Shown here: piece by piece, positions 51,174 to 63,212 of the stretch
How positions within the stretch are numbered: position 1 is the first letter of the stretch
How the letters are laid out: every line of letters starts with the position of its first letter
Source of the DNA: Octopus vulgaris
Lineage: Eukaryota
Direction: 5' to 3'
DNA: 64,000 nt
NCBI GenBank assembly: GCA_951406725.2
Contig: OX597815.1
Span: 40,424,001 to 40,488,000, forward strand
The notes under the pieces: model-generated
The model's database searches: none
The model's input: the letters and a program-made list of their open reading frames with translations, nothing else
Told to the model about the DNA's origin: nothing
Position numbers and translations under genes: made by a program

Positions 51174-51267
51174 TGCCCCGGGTGAGGATCGAACTCACGA
51201 CCTTCAGATTCCTCTTATTTGTTACACGATTATGAGACTGACGCGCTGCCTACTGCGCTACCGAGGC
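51174..51267 (-). tRNA. elongator tRNA-Met(CAT) with a 21-nt intron at 37/38 (intron 51210-51230)
   Basis: Reverse complement GCCTCGGTAGCGCAGTAGGCAGCGCGTCAGTCTCATA[ATCGTGTAACAAATAAGAGGA]ATCTGAAGGTCGTGAGTTCGATCCTCACCCGGGGCA; the spliced 73-mer matches animal elongator tRNA-Met; A and B boxes intact. Confidence 0.93.
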
Positions 51268-52825
51268 CGTGGGATAGAACGGCACAAAATTACTTTAAAT
51301 AGTAATACTGCTAAGTTAGCTTATTTATATTAGTGATAATGTTTCTCATTGTTTTTCTTTTAACAAGATTATATCTTGCTACGATAGATTACTTTCTAAT
51401 TATATTTGCAAGTGTACTTTACACAAATGCTACATATACATTTTAAGAACAGCACCATTTTACCTGTTAACTGTAACGTTACCTTCAGACTTATCCTTGA
51501 ATATCCGTTAAACATACTTAAGCATTTCTGTTGTTCTGAAATTTCCTCAACCAAATGTTTAATTAAAGTCGGTTATGAATCTAACATTCTTTTATTTTTG
51601 TACATACATTCATGCATATATATATATATACACACACACATATGCACGTGTGGTTTCCTTTTACATTACCTTTCATATTTTCCCTCAGTATAATATATTA
51701 TTCCGAAGTTCAATTCATTATTCTAAATAGCACGATGTAACTGATAATTTAGTCTATAAAAATATCAGATTTAACAGATGTGGACGTAAAAAAAATCTAT
51801 TTTTGGAACAAAAATCGCTTTCTTAGTTTTTAAAAATATAATTTTTAAAATATGTCTTTATATGAAATGTTTATAAATTGATTCACTCTTTATTGGAAGG
51901 AAAATAAACGCAAATCTTTAATAACCAGTAGTAGAAAATAAATCGCAGAGTATAAAAAAATGATGGTTTATATCTTTTTCCTTCACTTTTTTTAGAAGAC
52001 TACCTTTGCATCCGATTTATTCAGTATATAAATTAACCAGAATTTGTTCATTTAACATTCGGGAGTTAAAAATATGTTATAAATGTACCGGTGGCGCTAT
52101 TATAAATTCTTTTTATCGTAAGGCAGCACTTCATTACAACTACAAATTTATACCCAAATAATACGTACGTTTACGAAAGTAAGCATATAAACCTCGGCAT
52201 TCACAAATAACAGAGTTATTATTATGAATACATATAAGGCGAGCGAGCTGGCCGCTACGTTCTGTGTTCGAATTTCGTCGAAGTCGATTTTGTCTTTCAT
52301 CCTTGGTAGAGGGTGTTTTGCCTCTCATCCTTTTGGGGTCGATAAATTAAGTACCAGGGAAGCACTGTCTTCTCTCACCAAATTTCAGGCCTTATGCCTA
52401 TAACAAAAAGAATTATTATGCACACACACGTATGTGTATGTGCGCGCGCGCGTTATACCTACATAAGTGTGTTCCCTTCACACGTCGTTTTGTCATAACT
52501 TTCAGAAAAATGGATATTTTTTAATGAAATCTATAAATACACTTCAGATGGTGTAGATTCCGATTATATTAGTATTCGAAATTTCAAGTTTCATTTTGTA
52601 GATACATATGCGATGTATATATTTGTATGTATGCGTATACGCACACACATATACATAAAAGTACTCGTCGAATGGAGAGAAAACTGATACATTTTCGAAA
52701 GCATTCATGTCGGTTATGCAAGATGAGTACCTAAGAGGCCTAGATCACTGCCATAGGTCCGTGGACAAATCAATGCACTGGTTTCTGTAGTCATGCCCGT
52801 CGCTAAAGGGATGCACCGGACGGCA

Positions 52826-53348
52826 CGCGGAAAATTTTTTTTCCCACGAGAATTCCGGACCCCAGTTATGAATTCATTTGCATACTACCAATCAGAGCTC
52901 AACTATCGAACTAATTTACGAGTACATAACAAGTGATGTGCGATAAGATAAGGATGACCATGCTTCTTTTCTCTTTTAATAATGCTTTTTGTTCTTGTTT
53001 CAACCATGGCTGCCTCTGCGTAGTTAATTTGTGTTGTTGTTTACTTTGTAAAGTAAAGGGACAGGGTTACTAGCACATTACCCTCTACCCACATTTTTCC
53101 TATCCACACCTTTACCATATGGTGCCCTAACAAAATCCGATAATAGATATAGATGCAAATTTAATTATTTGTCTCCTAAAATCAGGCATAACTTGGCGAT
53201 CGGTCGACTTACAACACCGTTCATCGTCTTGAGTTTATTTGATAGGGGGTGTTTGTTAACTTGACATGGTCAAGGTGAGCTCTGATTGGCTGTATGCAAA
53301 TGAGTTCATTACTGGGATCCGGAACTCTCGTGGGAAAAAATTTCGCGG
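52826..53348. mobile_element. MITE-like element with ~75-bp inverted arms containing octamer and CCAAT motifs
   Basis: 52826-52901 is the reverse complement of 53276-53348. Confidence 0.65.
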
Positions 53349-53979
53349 ACAGCACTGCCCCCTCATTATTCAATGGTGCACCCTCAGGTTTACAATGATA
53401 CACTTAATTCGAAGCTCCACTTTAGCATTAATTACAAGTTAGTGCCTACCCAGAATATTCTGAAGCATCGTGTTTATTGACAGCAAGTCACATCATACAT
53501 AGATCAGAATTAGGCTACTAGACCCATGAGGACCCCGGCAACTACCCAGTGTAGTCATGTTGTAAGACGGTACTGGTCTGAATGGAGATGTGTGTTATCC
53601 CAGTCTCCACCACTACCTCCATGTATCGCTGTAACTGCATGGGTGAAAGTTCAGGGAAACTGTTGCTAATAAAGGATGTCATTTTCAGAGTGAAAGCAAA
53701 TTCTATGCTATTTGAATATGAACTGCGATGCTGCATGAGAATAAGGCTGGCGTTGGGGAGTGCGGGGTCCGATTAGAGAATTGTCAGTCGGACCCTTTAC
53801 TATACAAAAGTCGAAGATTGATATTTTATGCTTCGTGTAGTACACCAGTTCTAGTCAAAAGGCGTTGAGGGCTTGAGGCTCCGCCATTTGTCACGATAAT
53901 ATACTAAAAATTCATCATAGCGTCCTCTGTCTGAGCATGTGCGTGGGGCCCAATTTGAAGAAATCTGTCTAATTGGCTT

Positions 53980-54365
53980 AAAACTGGCCCTGCATAATAG
54001 TGAGAAGTGAGTCCTGAATGCAGAAGACCCACAGAGACTAGAATAAAATAAAGCAAACATGCTCCTCTGGATGTGTAATGTCAGTGTGCATGAATACAAA
54101 TGAACTGAGAGAAAAATTGGATATGAGGTGTCAGATGTAGTGTGCAAATGAGGAGACTGCACTCCTATGGCTATGTGATGCGTATGAAAGATGACAGCTG
54201 TATGAATAAGTATAGGGCACTGGAATCTGTGGAAGAGGGAGAAAAATTGAATATAAGATTGGAACGAAGGGGTGAAGACTGATCTCAAAATATTGAGCAT
54301 CGAGATGACAAAGATCTGACATGATAGAAGATACAGTGTGTTGACCTGACCATCTGTACAAGCAT
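53980..54365 (+). mobile_element. degenerate RTE LINE C-terminal fragment
   Basis: ALHNSEK*VLNAEDPQRLE*NKANMLLWMCNV ... VKTDLKIL. Confidence 0.7.
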
Positions 54366-54610
54366 GACGGAACTAACGCTAAAAATGTGTGGAACGGGGA
54401 GGGGCGTTTGTATGTATGCATATGTATATAAACGCAAATATGTAACTTATATGTATGTGTACATGTACGTCCTCATATTTGGGTCTCCCACTCAAAACTC
54501 CCTCGTCAAGTCTGTATCTGCCCTCATCTCTCTGTTGGGCATCCCATCACCCAAACTCTCTCTCTCTCTCTCTCTTTCGCCCATATCTCTTTAAATTCCT
54601 CTCGCTATCA

Positions 54611-56230
54611 GTTAGTTAGTTAATTTGGCTCAAAAGCAAATAGCAAGGCCATGTAGGGGGACATGGAGTTAAGTACAGGGTGGTGTTCATGTAAAGAGTT
54701 CAGGCCACTTGAGGTCAAGGGAGGCTTTGAACAAAGCAGTCGTCGGCATCTTCACCATCTCGTCTGGCAGCTTGTTCCACGGATCCGCAACCCGGACGGA
54801 GAAAGCTCCTCTCCTTCGATTGAGATGAAATCGTCGCAGGTAGAGCTTTTCGGAATGACCCCGCAGCCGACGCTCTGGAGCAGGAGTGAAGAACAGCTCT
54901 TTCGAGAGGTTACACTTTCCGCTTATGATGTTGTGGGCGAGAATGAGATCACCACGGCGGCGGCGTTTTTCTAGAGAATAAAGGTCGAGCGTCCTCAGCC
55001 TTTCTTCATAGGACAAATTTTTGAGACCATGAACCATGCGGGTAGCCAGCTTCTGGACTCTTTCGAGATGCTGTATGTCTTTGAGGAGATAAGGAGAAGA
55101 GGCTTGAATCCCGTACTCCAATATGGGTCTCACCAGCGTGACATAGAGTGGTAGGAATATGGCTGCTGTGAGCATTCCGAATAACCGTCGAATCAAGAAC
55201 AGAATTCCGCGTGCTTTGTTGGCAGCATGGACGCACTGGGCCGAAGGCGAAAAGGAGGAATCCACCAAGATACCCAGGTCCCTTACCTGATCGGTCCTCT
55301 CCAGCAGCAGACGACCCGGCTCGAAATCAAGTTGAGTTGCAGGAGGAGAGCCAAAAGATCCTCTATATCACCGTGAGGAGCGACCAGTTTGATATCGTCG
55401 GCAAATAGAAGGGTGTGTTGCGTGAGGTCGTCGGGCAAGTCATTTATGAAGACTAAGAACAATAAGGGCCCAAGCACTGAACCTTGAGGCACGCCACTGC
55501 TCGCACTGGAGACGTCGGACCGCGAACCATTAACTTGGACTTGGAAGGAGCGATCTGAGAGGAAGGCACCAACCCATCGTACAATATCCGGATGGAAACT
55601 ATATGCTTGAAGCTTGACAAGTAATAGGCGGTGGTTTACCGAGTCAAAAGCTTTGGCAAAGTCCAATAAAACGATGTCAACAGCATCACTATCATCGAGG
55701 ATGCGCGTCACCAATTCTTCCATTACCAGTAAGTTGGTCAAGCATGATCTCTTCGGCACGAAGCCGTGTTGGGAATCATAGATAGAGGCTGTGTTTTGGA
55801 GGTGGAGCATCATACTTTTCTTAAGGGTGGTTTCGAACATCTTGCTGATTATTGATGTAAGGGAAACAGGTCGGTAGTTAAGCGGGTCTTCGTGGCTCCC
55901 TTTCTTGAAAATTGGGCAGATTATCGCTGTTTTCCAGTCCGCAGGTATAACACCCGTCGCCAATGACATATTGAATAGACGTGTTAAGGGCTCGCAGATG
56001 ACCGGAGCCAACGCTTTGATAACCCGTGGGTGTATGCCGTCAGGGCCGTGACGCCTTGTTGAATTCGAGGCCTTGAATAACACGTTTGACTTCGTCCCGC
56101 GTGATGACCAATCGAAGCATTGGAGGTACCGATCTATCAAATGGAGGGGGTTCACGACCATCATCTTGTTTGAAAATAGTTGAAAAAGCCTCGGCAAATA
56201 ATTGACTCTGTTGATAAGGGTCCTCAATCA
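54611..56230 (-). mobile_element. young 5'-truncated CR1-clade LINE (RT + 3'UTR + (TAAC)n tail) with frameshifts and an internal deletion
   Basis: GPDGIHPRV, NYRPVSLTS, QHGF, DFAKAFDSV, GVPQGSVLGP, FADD, RPILEY, LERVQK, RRRRGDL, RGH, WNKLP. Confidence 0.95.
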
Positions 56231-56256
56231 CTCATCCACTATTTTTTACACCATTC

Positions 56257-56664
56257 GGATCTTTTCAGTTTGAACGGCAGTTTTTTCTAGCGGTGTCATA
56301 TGAAATTGTCACCCATAGTTATGACCCTAGAATCGATCTATTGCATTTCAAGTTCTTTTAGGGTTAGGGTTAGGGGAAGGGTATCTTTTTTTCTTCACAA
56401 ACGTAAATAAACCCAGTCTGTTTCTTAAACGAGGGACATATTCATACGACACAGAATGTTTTCACCTCAACAGACGTCACTGATTGGTTGAAATTGCAGA
56501 AATTGAAGAAAAAAAACAACAAATATCTTACAAACTATAGAATTTTCTCAATAAAGCCAAGAGAAAAAGATTTTTTATAAACACATTCTACCAGTATACG
56601 AAGTTAAAATTTTTTAATTACCTAGAAATTATGTTAAAAACTGCCGTTCAAACCGAGAAGATCC
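56257..56664. mobile_element. complete Merlin-like MITE (408 bp) with 8-bp TSD and internal TTAGGG repeats
   Basis: caccattc|GGATCTTTTCAGTTTGAACGGCAGTTTTT ... AAAAACTGCCGTTCAAACCGAGAAGATCC|caccattc; superfamily inferred from GG termini plus 8-bp TSD. Confidence 0.8.
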
Positions 56665-56974
56665 CACCATTCACCTTCTTATCACTCACATTCTCTTTTA
56701 TTTGCTGTTTAATTTTGTCAATGACCAATGTAAGTACTACCCAATAGTTCATACTATCACCTTCTGTGCAACCACTCATTATTCCCACTTCTTCGAGTCA
56801 GTCCCTATTGACACCCTTCACTCAATCTTACTGTTGACCACATCCACATTCTCTCTTTCTTTCTCTCTCTCTCCAACCGCATACCCTTGCAACTTTTAAC
56901 TACTTATTCTGATACTTCTTCAGTCATCACCCTCTCTTCTTACTGTCTCCGATATAATACCTTGTGTGCACATA

Positions 56975-57540
56975 CACATCATCTCAGGATAGTGAGTACT
57001 CTCCAGGAAATTTTTACTACTGTCGAATTAGAAGGTTAGAAATTGGGGTTGGTGAGATCGTAGAAATACTCCGACAACCACTTCAGACTTTTTCTGGAGG
57101 TATGGCAAGGAGCAGAATCCTGCTGGCATACATTTGGCTTTCCAGCAGTAACGCTCTCCAGACAAGAATTGACCAGTCTCCAGTAGCTTCACTTAATTGT
57201 CTGAATTGCACTTAAGGCCCTGTTCATCATAACTCCTACTGCATCCCTTCCTTCTGGCTACGGGTTCGTAGTCACCGTTGCAGCTTTTCTTGTCACGTCT
57301 GACAGCCTTTACTGTGTTCACAGAGCATTGAACAGCAGTTATGCTGTCGGCATTTTGATACCTGGTGCGAATTATCAAAATCAAGATGGCTTCCAGTCCT
57401 CTATGCCAGCTAACACTTTCGCAACTACGAGTTTACTCTTTATGCTTCCCAACGCCTTTGACTGTTCACCAATGCATCAAGCTGTTCCTGAAGAAGTCTT
57501 AAAATATCGTCAAATTTAGCCCGAACGCCCTTTTCCATTC
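56975..57540 (-). mobile_element. degenerate Tc1/maT transposase fragment; ends approximate
   Basis: minus strand CQQDSAPCHTSRKSLKWLSE...PNF*PSNS. Confidence 0.65.
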
Positions 57541-57783
57541 TTCCCGAGCATCAAACTAACACACCCGGGCGTGCGGACAGACAGACAGACAGACAGATGA
57601 TAGACTCGCGCACAGTTTCCGTCCAACAAACTAATTCACAGAGCATTGGTCGACCTGGGGTTATGATAGAAAATATTTGCCCATGGTTCCGCGTAGTGGG
57701 AGTGAAACCTAAATCATCGTTGCATAGCAAACTTCTAATCCAACATCCATATACACACATACGTGCACGCACGCACGCACGCA

Positions 57784-57841
<58 letters not shown>

Positions 57842-58165
57842 CGGCATTCACAAACACAAGTATATAATCTTTATTTGTATGTATATGTCTACATAAATTA
57901 ACTCTGATCTATAACTAATAAGAAAGGAAAAGAGAAAAAGACAAATTGTATTTCTCCCAAAGTCACTTTGATGAAAGTATTTGATGTGTAACGAATGTTT
58001 TCATACTTTATAAAAACTTAAGCCGATACTAGTTCTTTTATCTATTAATACCCGCCAGAAAATATATTATTTTCTCCAAAACTTTACATTAATATATTAC
58101 ACCTAGTGACCCCAACGGAAATGAGCTTGCTACATAACCTTGAAAGGTTATCTGAAATAATCATA

Positions 58166-59007
58166 TTAGGTTGTCCGGAAAGTTCTGAGCCTTTTTTTAA
58201 TATGCAAAAAGAGATATAAATCATTCACCTAAATAATGCCTTTATGATCCCACCAAAGACAAAGCATAGCTTTTTTTGGCATTAATATTCGCCTTTGGTT
58301 GCTGTGTTAGGGGATCCTTACGCAAACTCCAGGATCTTTTTCGCACTACGTTTTTGTACACAGTCCATTTTTCATCTCCAGTCACAAATTGCTTCAAGAA
58401 AGACACGCTTTCACTTCGTTTCAAAAGTATATCACAAACGGAATACCGGTCCAAGCAATTATTTTCTGAAAGTTTGTGAGGGACCCATACATTATAGGGA
58501 GAAATGTATCCTAGCTTCACTAGGTATTCATAAGCCATACTTTTAGAAACTTCCAACTCCTCTGCAATTTCTCTAGTCGTGATATTTGAGTTCTCTTCGA
58601 TTTTTGCCTTCAAAACATAATCCAATTTGAAGATCTTCTACTGCGACTATCATCTTCCAAGCTAAACTCTTCAACTTTAAATTTTGCAAACCACCTTCGA
58701 AAAGTTGATTCACCTGCAGCATCATCACCATAAACTTCACAAACGTTTTTGCAAGTTTTTACAGTATTTTCTCTTTTTTAAAAAAACGAAAAGCATTACA
58801 ACGTGAATATGAAATTTTTGGTCATCCATTTCAAATGAAAGATATATCTGAAATGAAAGATATATCTCTTTTTAGTCAAGAACAAAGAAGAGATGCACTA
58901 CCTCTTCAAGCAACGCCAAAGTTTTAACTGTGATGCGTTTCAGGTGTGTTCAATGAAACATTAAAAGATTTAGCTTTAAAACGCTCACAACTTTCCGGAC
59001 AACCTAA
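58166..59007 (-). mobile_element. internally deleted mariner
   Basis: TA|ttaggttgtccggaaagtt ... aactttccggacaacctaa|TA; TTREIAEELEVS, WVPHKL, VTGDEKW. Confidence 0.9.
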
Positions 59008-61815
59008 TATTTTATGTTGTCTATCTTCACACAAAATGACCATACACTTCTTCATCACCTTATCTTTTCCATCAAATATATGTACGACAAGCTTGTCCGT
59101 TACTCCTGACATGTTTGCCTAAGTCAGTTCTGGGTACTTGTCTCCTGTTTCTTATCTATAATTGCTTCTTCATTTTTTTTTCTTTCTTTTTTCATTACCG
59201 CTGTCACGTCCACTTTTTTGTTATATTCGATCACTTCTTTACGGCGGTTTCTGAACATCCATTTGAACGATATATACTTGACGAAAATGAAACACCTATA
59301 TCATTATATTCAGTTTTGTTTTTATCTCATGTGAATATTCTTTAAAGAGTTTCAGTTTTAAAGCTGCGGTCATGCTGGGGTACCACCGTTCTTTATTTCA
59401 AATAATAATGTTCTTAGCTTTAACTATCATCCAGATGACTGGTTCGCAACCTTTTATAGCTCAGTGCTCCCGTACAACTTAAACCCATTGCTCCCCATGG
59501 AGCACAGGCCATCGATGATTTTCTTCTGTTCTCGACTCTAAGCTTTTCCTTCTTTCCACTTGGATCCCTGCTTCTTTTGGCTCTGCCTCGGCATCCCACC
59601 TTATGTTTCTTGAGGGAAGGCTTTCCTCTTCCAGGTCTTATTGGTTTTGAACTGTCATCGATGCTTCTGTATCTGTCTTTTTTTTCTATGTAGGAGTGTT
59701 GGCTCTACACAAACCCATAGTTTACCTTTAATAAGAGGTGATCTGTATTATTTTGGCCTCTATCATTTGACTTGTTCAATATGGGAGGCCCTACCAAGAG
59801 CATCGTTCCGCTGCCATAACTCTCAGGGTCACTGAGGCTAGAAGCCACCTCACCGCAACAAAAACTAGTTTTACAAATGTGCCTCTATTTTTTTTTTTTT
59901 TTTTTGGCTGGATGACAATAGATTATCTTAATCAAACAGAAACTCATTTTGAGTAGGAATTTATTATCTCTATGTTCTTATACAATGTGTTATTCTTTTT
60001 GAATGGGCAAGTGCCTCTGTATTAATTTTTATTTATCTATTCATTCATTGTAGGGATTACTTAGTAGGCGAGAACTTATATACTTATTTACTGTCCCTGA
60101 CTTGGACCTTGGCGTACCATCAGTTCTGTTTCTGATAACACAATGTTTTATCCTAGCATGTATTTAAAATATAATGATTATACCCAGTTTAAGTATTTTA
60201 TTTCTAAGCAAAATCACGATCCCTCTACAATTCCAACATCCCTATGTAAGCTCACATTTCCAAGTGCGAGAATCGTAAATTAGAGTTGCACTGTTTGTCA
60301 CCAATGTGATTAGGATAGATCTAGTCGTATTAAATTATTGTGGATTAAGTTGGTTGCATGTAATTATAATAGAGACAATCTCGCGAACATCTATTTGCGG
60401 AAGGCTGAACATAAATACATGCATGAATTATCGAATCCTCGCCAGGATAGGGGTCGACTTAACTGTTTACTCGGCCATTATTATCTTGAAGAAACCATCA
60501 AATCTTGTTGAAGCTTCGACCTTTATATGTTTGGCGAGAGCTGAATTGTGTTCTTTTGAATGCCATCCAAGCTTAGATTGATTTTTAGCGCTAAACTGCC
60601 TAACTGTTTAATTAGAGAAAAGGGCAGGAATGTCAAGGACTTTCACTTTGTTGTAGCTTGTGGCGTAATGTCTAGCAAATTGTAACTCATTCACGATAGT
60701 AAATTGATAATTTAGCAAAAAAGGTTCAACTCACTAAAGACAAAACTGGCCACAATTATGAACCACTGATCAAGACATCCAAAACTTAACTTTATGTTGG
60801 CGGTGTTGCAGGTTGATATTGTAGAGATTTGCACACCGACTGCGAAATTATCACTTTGCGATCATGAGTATACCACTACAGTTTCACATGATCGATCTAA
60901 AATTCGACTAATCTGCGTGAAGCTGAGACGTGATATGGCTTCTCGAATATTCTAGAAATTTGCGCCCTTTCACCCTAATTAAATAGTTTGACACCTAACT
61001 CACAACAGGCACTGGCTGGCACTCGACCGAAATATCACAACAGACCATAGCTAGCCTTCAAGCAAGACAGAATGCGGTTCTCTTCTAGCTTGACCAATGT
61101 GCGGCTGTTATTATATCTGCATTTTTCTCTTCCAGATAACTAATGTTTAAGCCACTACTATTCTGATAACCAGTAAATCAGTAATAATTTGCGTATTTAT
61201 ATGCACAATCTTCTATCAAGAACGTTCGTGAGTTTGCTTATTTTACGTTACATGAAGTCAGCCTGATCTTACATTCAATTTAAGGATACAGTATCATTCT
61301 TTCCAACAAACTACGCGGCGATGGTTTTTAGTAAACGCATAACTTACACTGACAAAAAAAAATATAAAACGCTTGAATTCATTTGATCTTGTTACCCGAC
61401 AGCAATCTTGTTGTAAACATTGCTAATTCACCCAACAACATAAGCGAAAGTATTTGATTGCTGAAGCGATTTCATTACTTTTGATTCACTTCACAATCTT
61501 TGATTCGCCATCAAACTGTGACCTCCTTTCTTTTCTATTGCTTAAACAGTCTCTAGTTCTGATCTCGTTAACTGAATTAATACTCATATCAAAACATCTT
61601 CAGTGCAATCGCATCTCTTTACATAGAAAACTTATAACCTTTCATACTAACAATTGGGCGCAGACATAGAAATCAACCTTTGTACTTTCAATTAAAGTGC
61701 AGAGAAGGGAAAAACCCTCACTCATTCTTTCGTTAAAATTTTCCCAAGATCGTTTTATTTTTCTTCAAGGTTTTCTTCAAAACTGTTTCAAGCAAATTAA
61801 TGAAAGTAAAGTTTC

Positions 61816-62840
61816 TGGCAATCATTTGTTAGTTTCCGTGAAATATTTTTATTTATTTAATTTTAGTTTCATGACCTGTCGATGGCGATGTTTGTTTTGA
61901 AGTCGATGGAAAGCGAAAGAGCGTGTGTCTGTATGTATTTATGTATGTACGTGTATATGAAAGATAATGGGTGAGTGTGTGTATGTGTGTGCGAGCGTGT
62001 TCAGCTTTATGTATTTGTATTCACGCACGCACGCACTATCCTTCATAGGCGATCTTTCGTCTCTAGTAGACCTTTCCGTCGATTTCCGTAAAAAAAAATT
62101 TTTTTTTACATATGGGCTTGCGGGAACTTTTGAAGTAATATACATACATATACACATACACCGAGTAAAAATTTCAGTTATCTCTCTCTTTCACACATTA
62201 CTCTGTCTCTTCACACACACTAACAGAAGCACTTCACTTACACAACATACTGTCTGTCTCCCACACCCCATCAAACACACACACACACACACACATGTAC
62301 ATCAAAGCTTCCCATGCACGGTAATTTCAAAAGAACTTCCCTCGTCATACAATCGCTTTCTCTTAGTCTCTTTCGCTCTCATTACTTCAAAAGTTCCCGC
62401 AAGCCCATATGTAAAAAAAAAAAAATTTTTACGGAAATCGACGGAAAGGTCTACTAGAGACGAAAGATTGCCTCCTTCATATACACGTACATACATAAAT
62501 ACACGCATACACCCATTATCTTTCATATAAACGTACGAACATAAATACACATACACGTACACCCATTATCTTTTATAGATATGTACATACATAAATACAC
62601 ACACATATACACACATTATTTTTCATATGCACGTACACACGCAAATACTCACACACGCATACACCCATCATCTTCCAAAGACACATACATACACACGCAT
62701 GTCTCTTTCGCTTTCCACCGACTTCAAAGCGAAAGTCGCCTTCGACGGGTCATGAAATCAAAAGTAAATAAATAAATCAATTTCACGGAAACTAAGGAAC
62801 AAACATTGACAGATCTGAGACCAATAACGAATGATTGCCA
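61816..62840. repeat. ~1-kb modular fold-back (inverted repeat) element
   Basis: 62047-62139 pairs with 62381-62473 almost perfectly; 61831-61920 pairs with ~62703-62793; 61816-61830 pairs with 62826-62840. Confidence 0.85.
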
Positions 62841-63212
62841 AGTTTTTTAGGTTGTATTTTCTATCGAACATTCTGGGTATGTGCTCTTACTGCTAATTCC
62901 TCAAAATAAATGATTGCTTCTTTTAATGCTATTTCATTTTGAAAACTCTAATCATTACATATTATCCTACGGTATTATTTGATTCTTTCACCCGCACGAT
63001 TTTCACTGAGAAAAAGAACCAAAAAACACGTGGAATCAAGTACCCTGACCTCATAATATGCTGCAAGCCCCTTATTTTCCCTTTGCAATTTTTGGCACCG
63101 AAATGAGTTTCATTTTTGTGTGGAGAGAGAGAGTGAGTGAGTGGGTGACGAAGTTTACCTAAACATTGAACGGGTAACAATGTATCATATATATATATCG
63201 TTATACATCATC

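Noticed and set aside
53542-53776. Overlapping 64-aa ORFs on both strands
   Set aside because: No recognisable motif or splice context; length is within chance expectation
54687-56227. Long reverse-transcriptase ORFs as a retron, DGR or domesticated RT gene
   Set aside because: Ordinary CR1-clade LINE: 5'-truncated, frameshifted, internally deleted, with typical 3'UTR and (TAAC)n tail
56356-56376. TTAGGG repeats as a telomere or chromosome-fusion scar
   Set aside because: Only 2-3 units, internal to a MITE that occurs twice in the window
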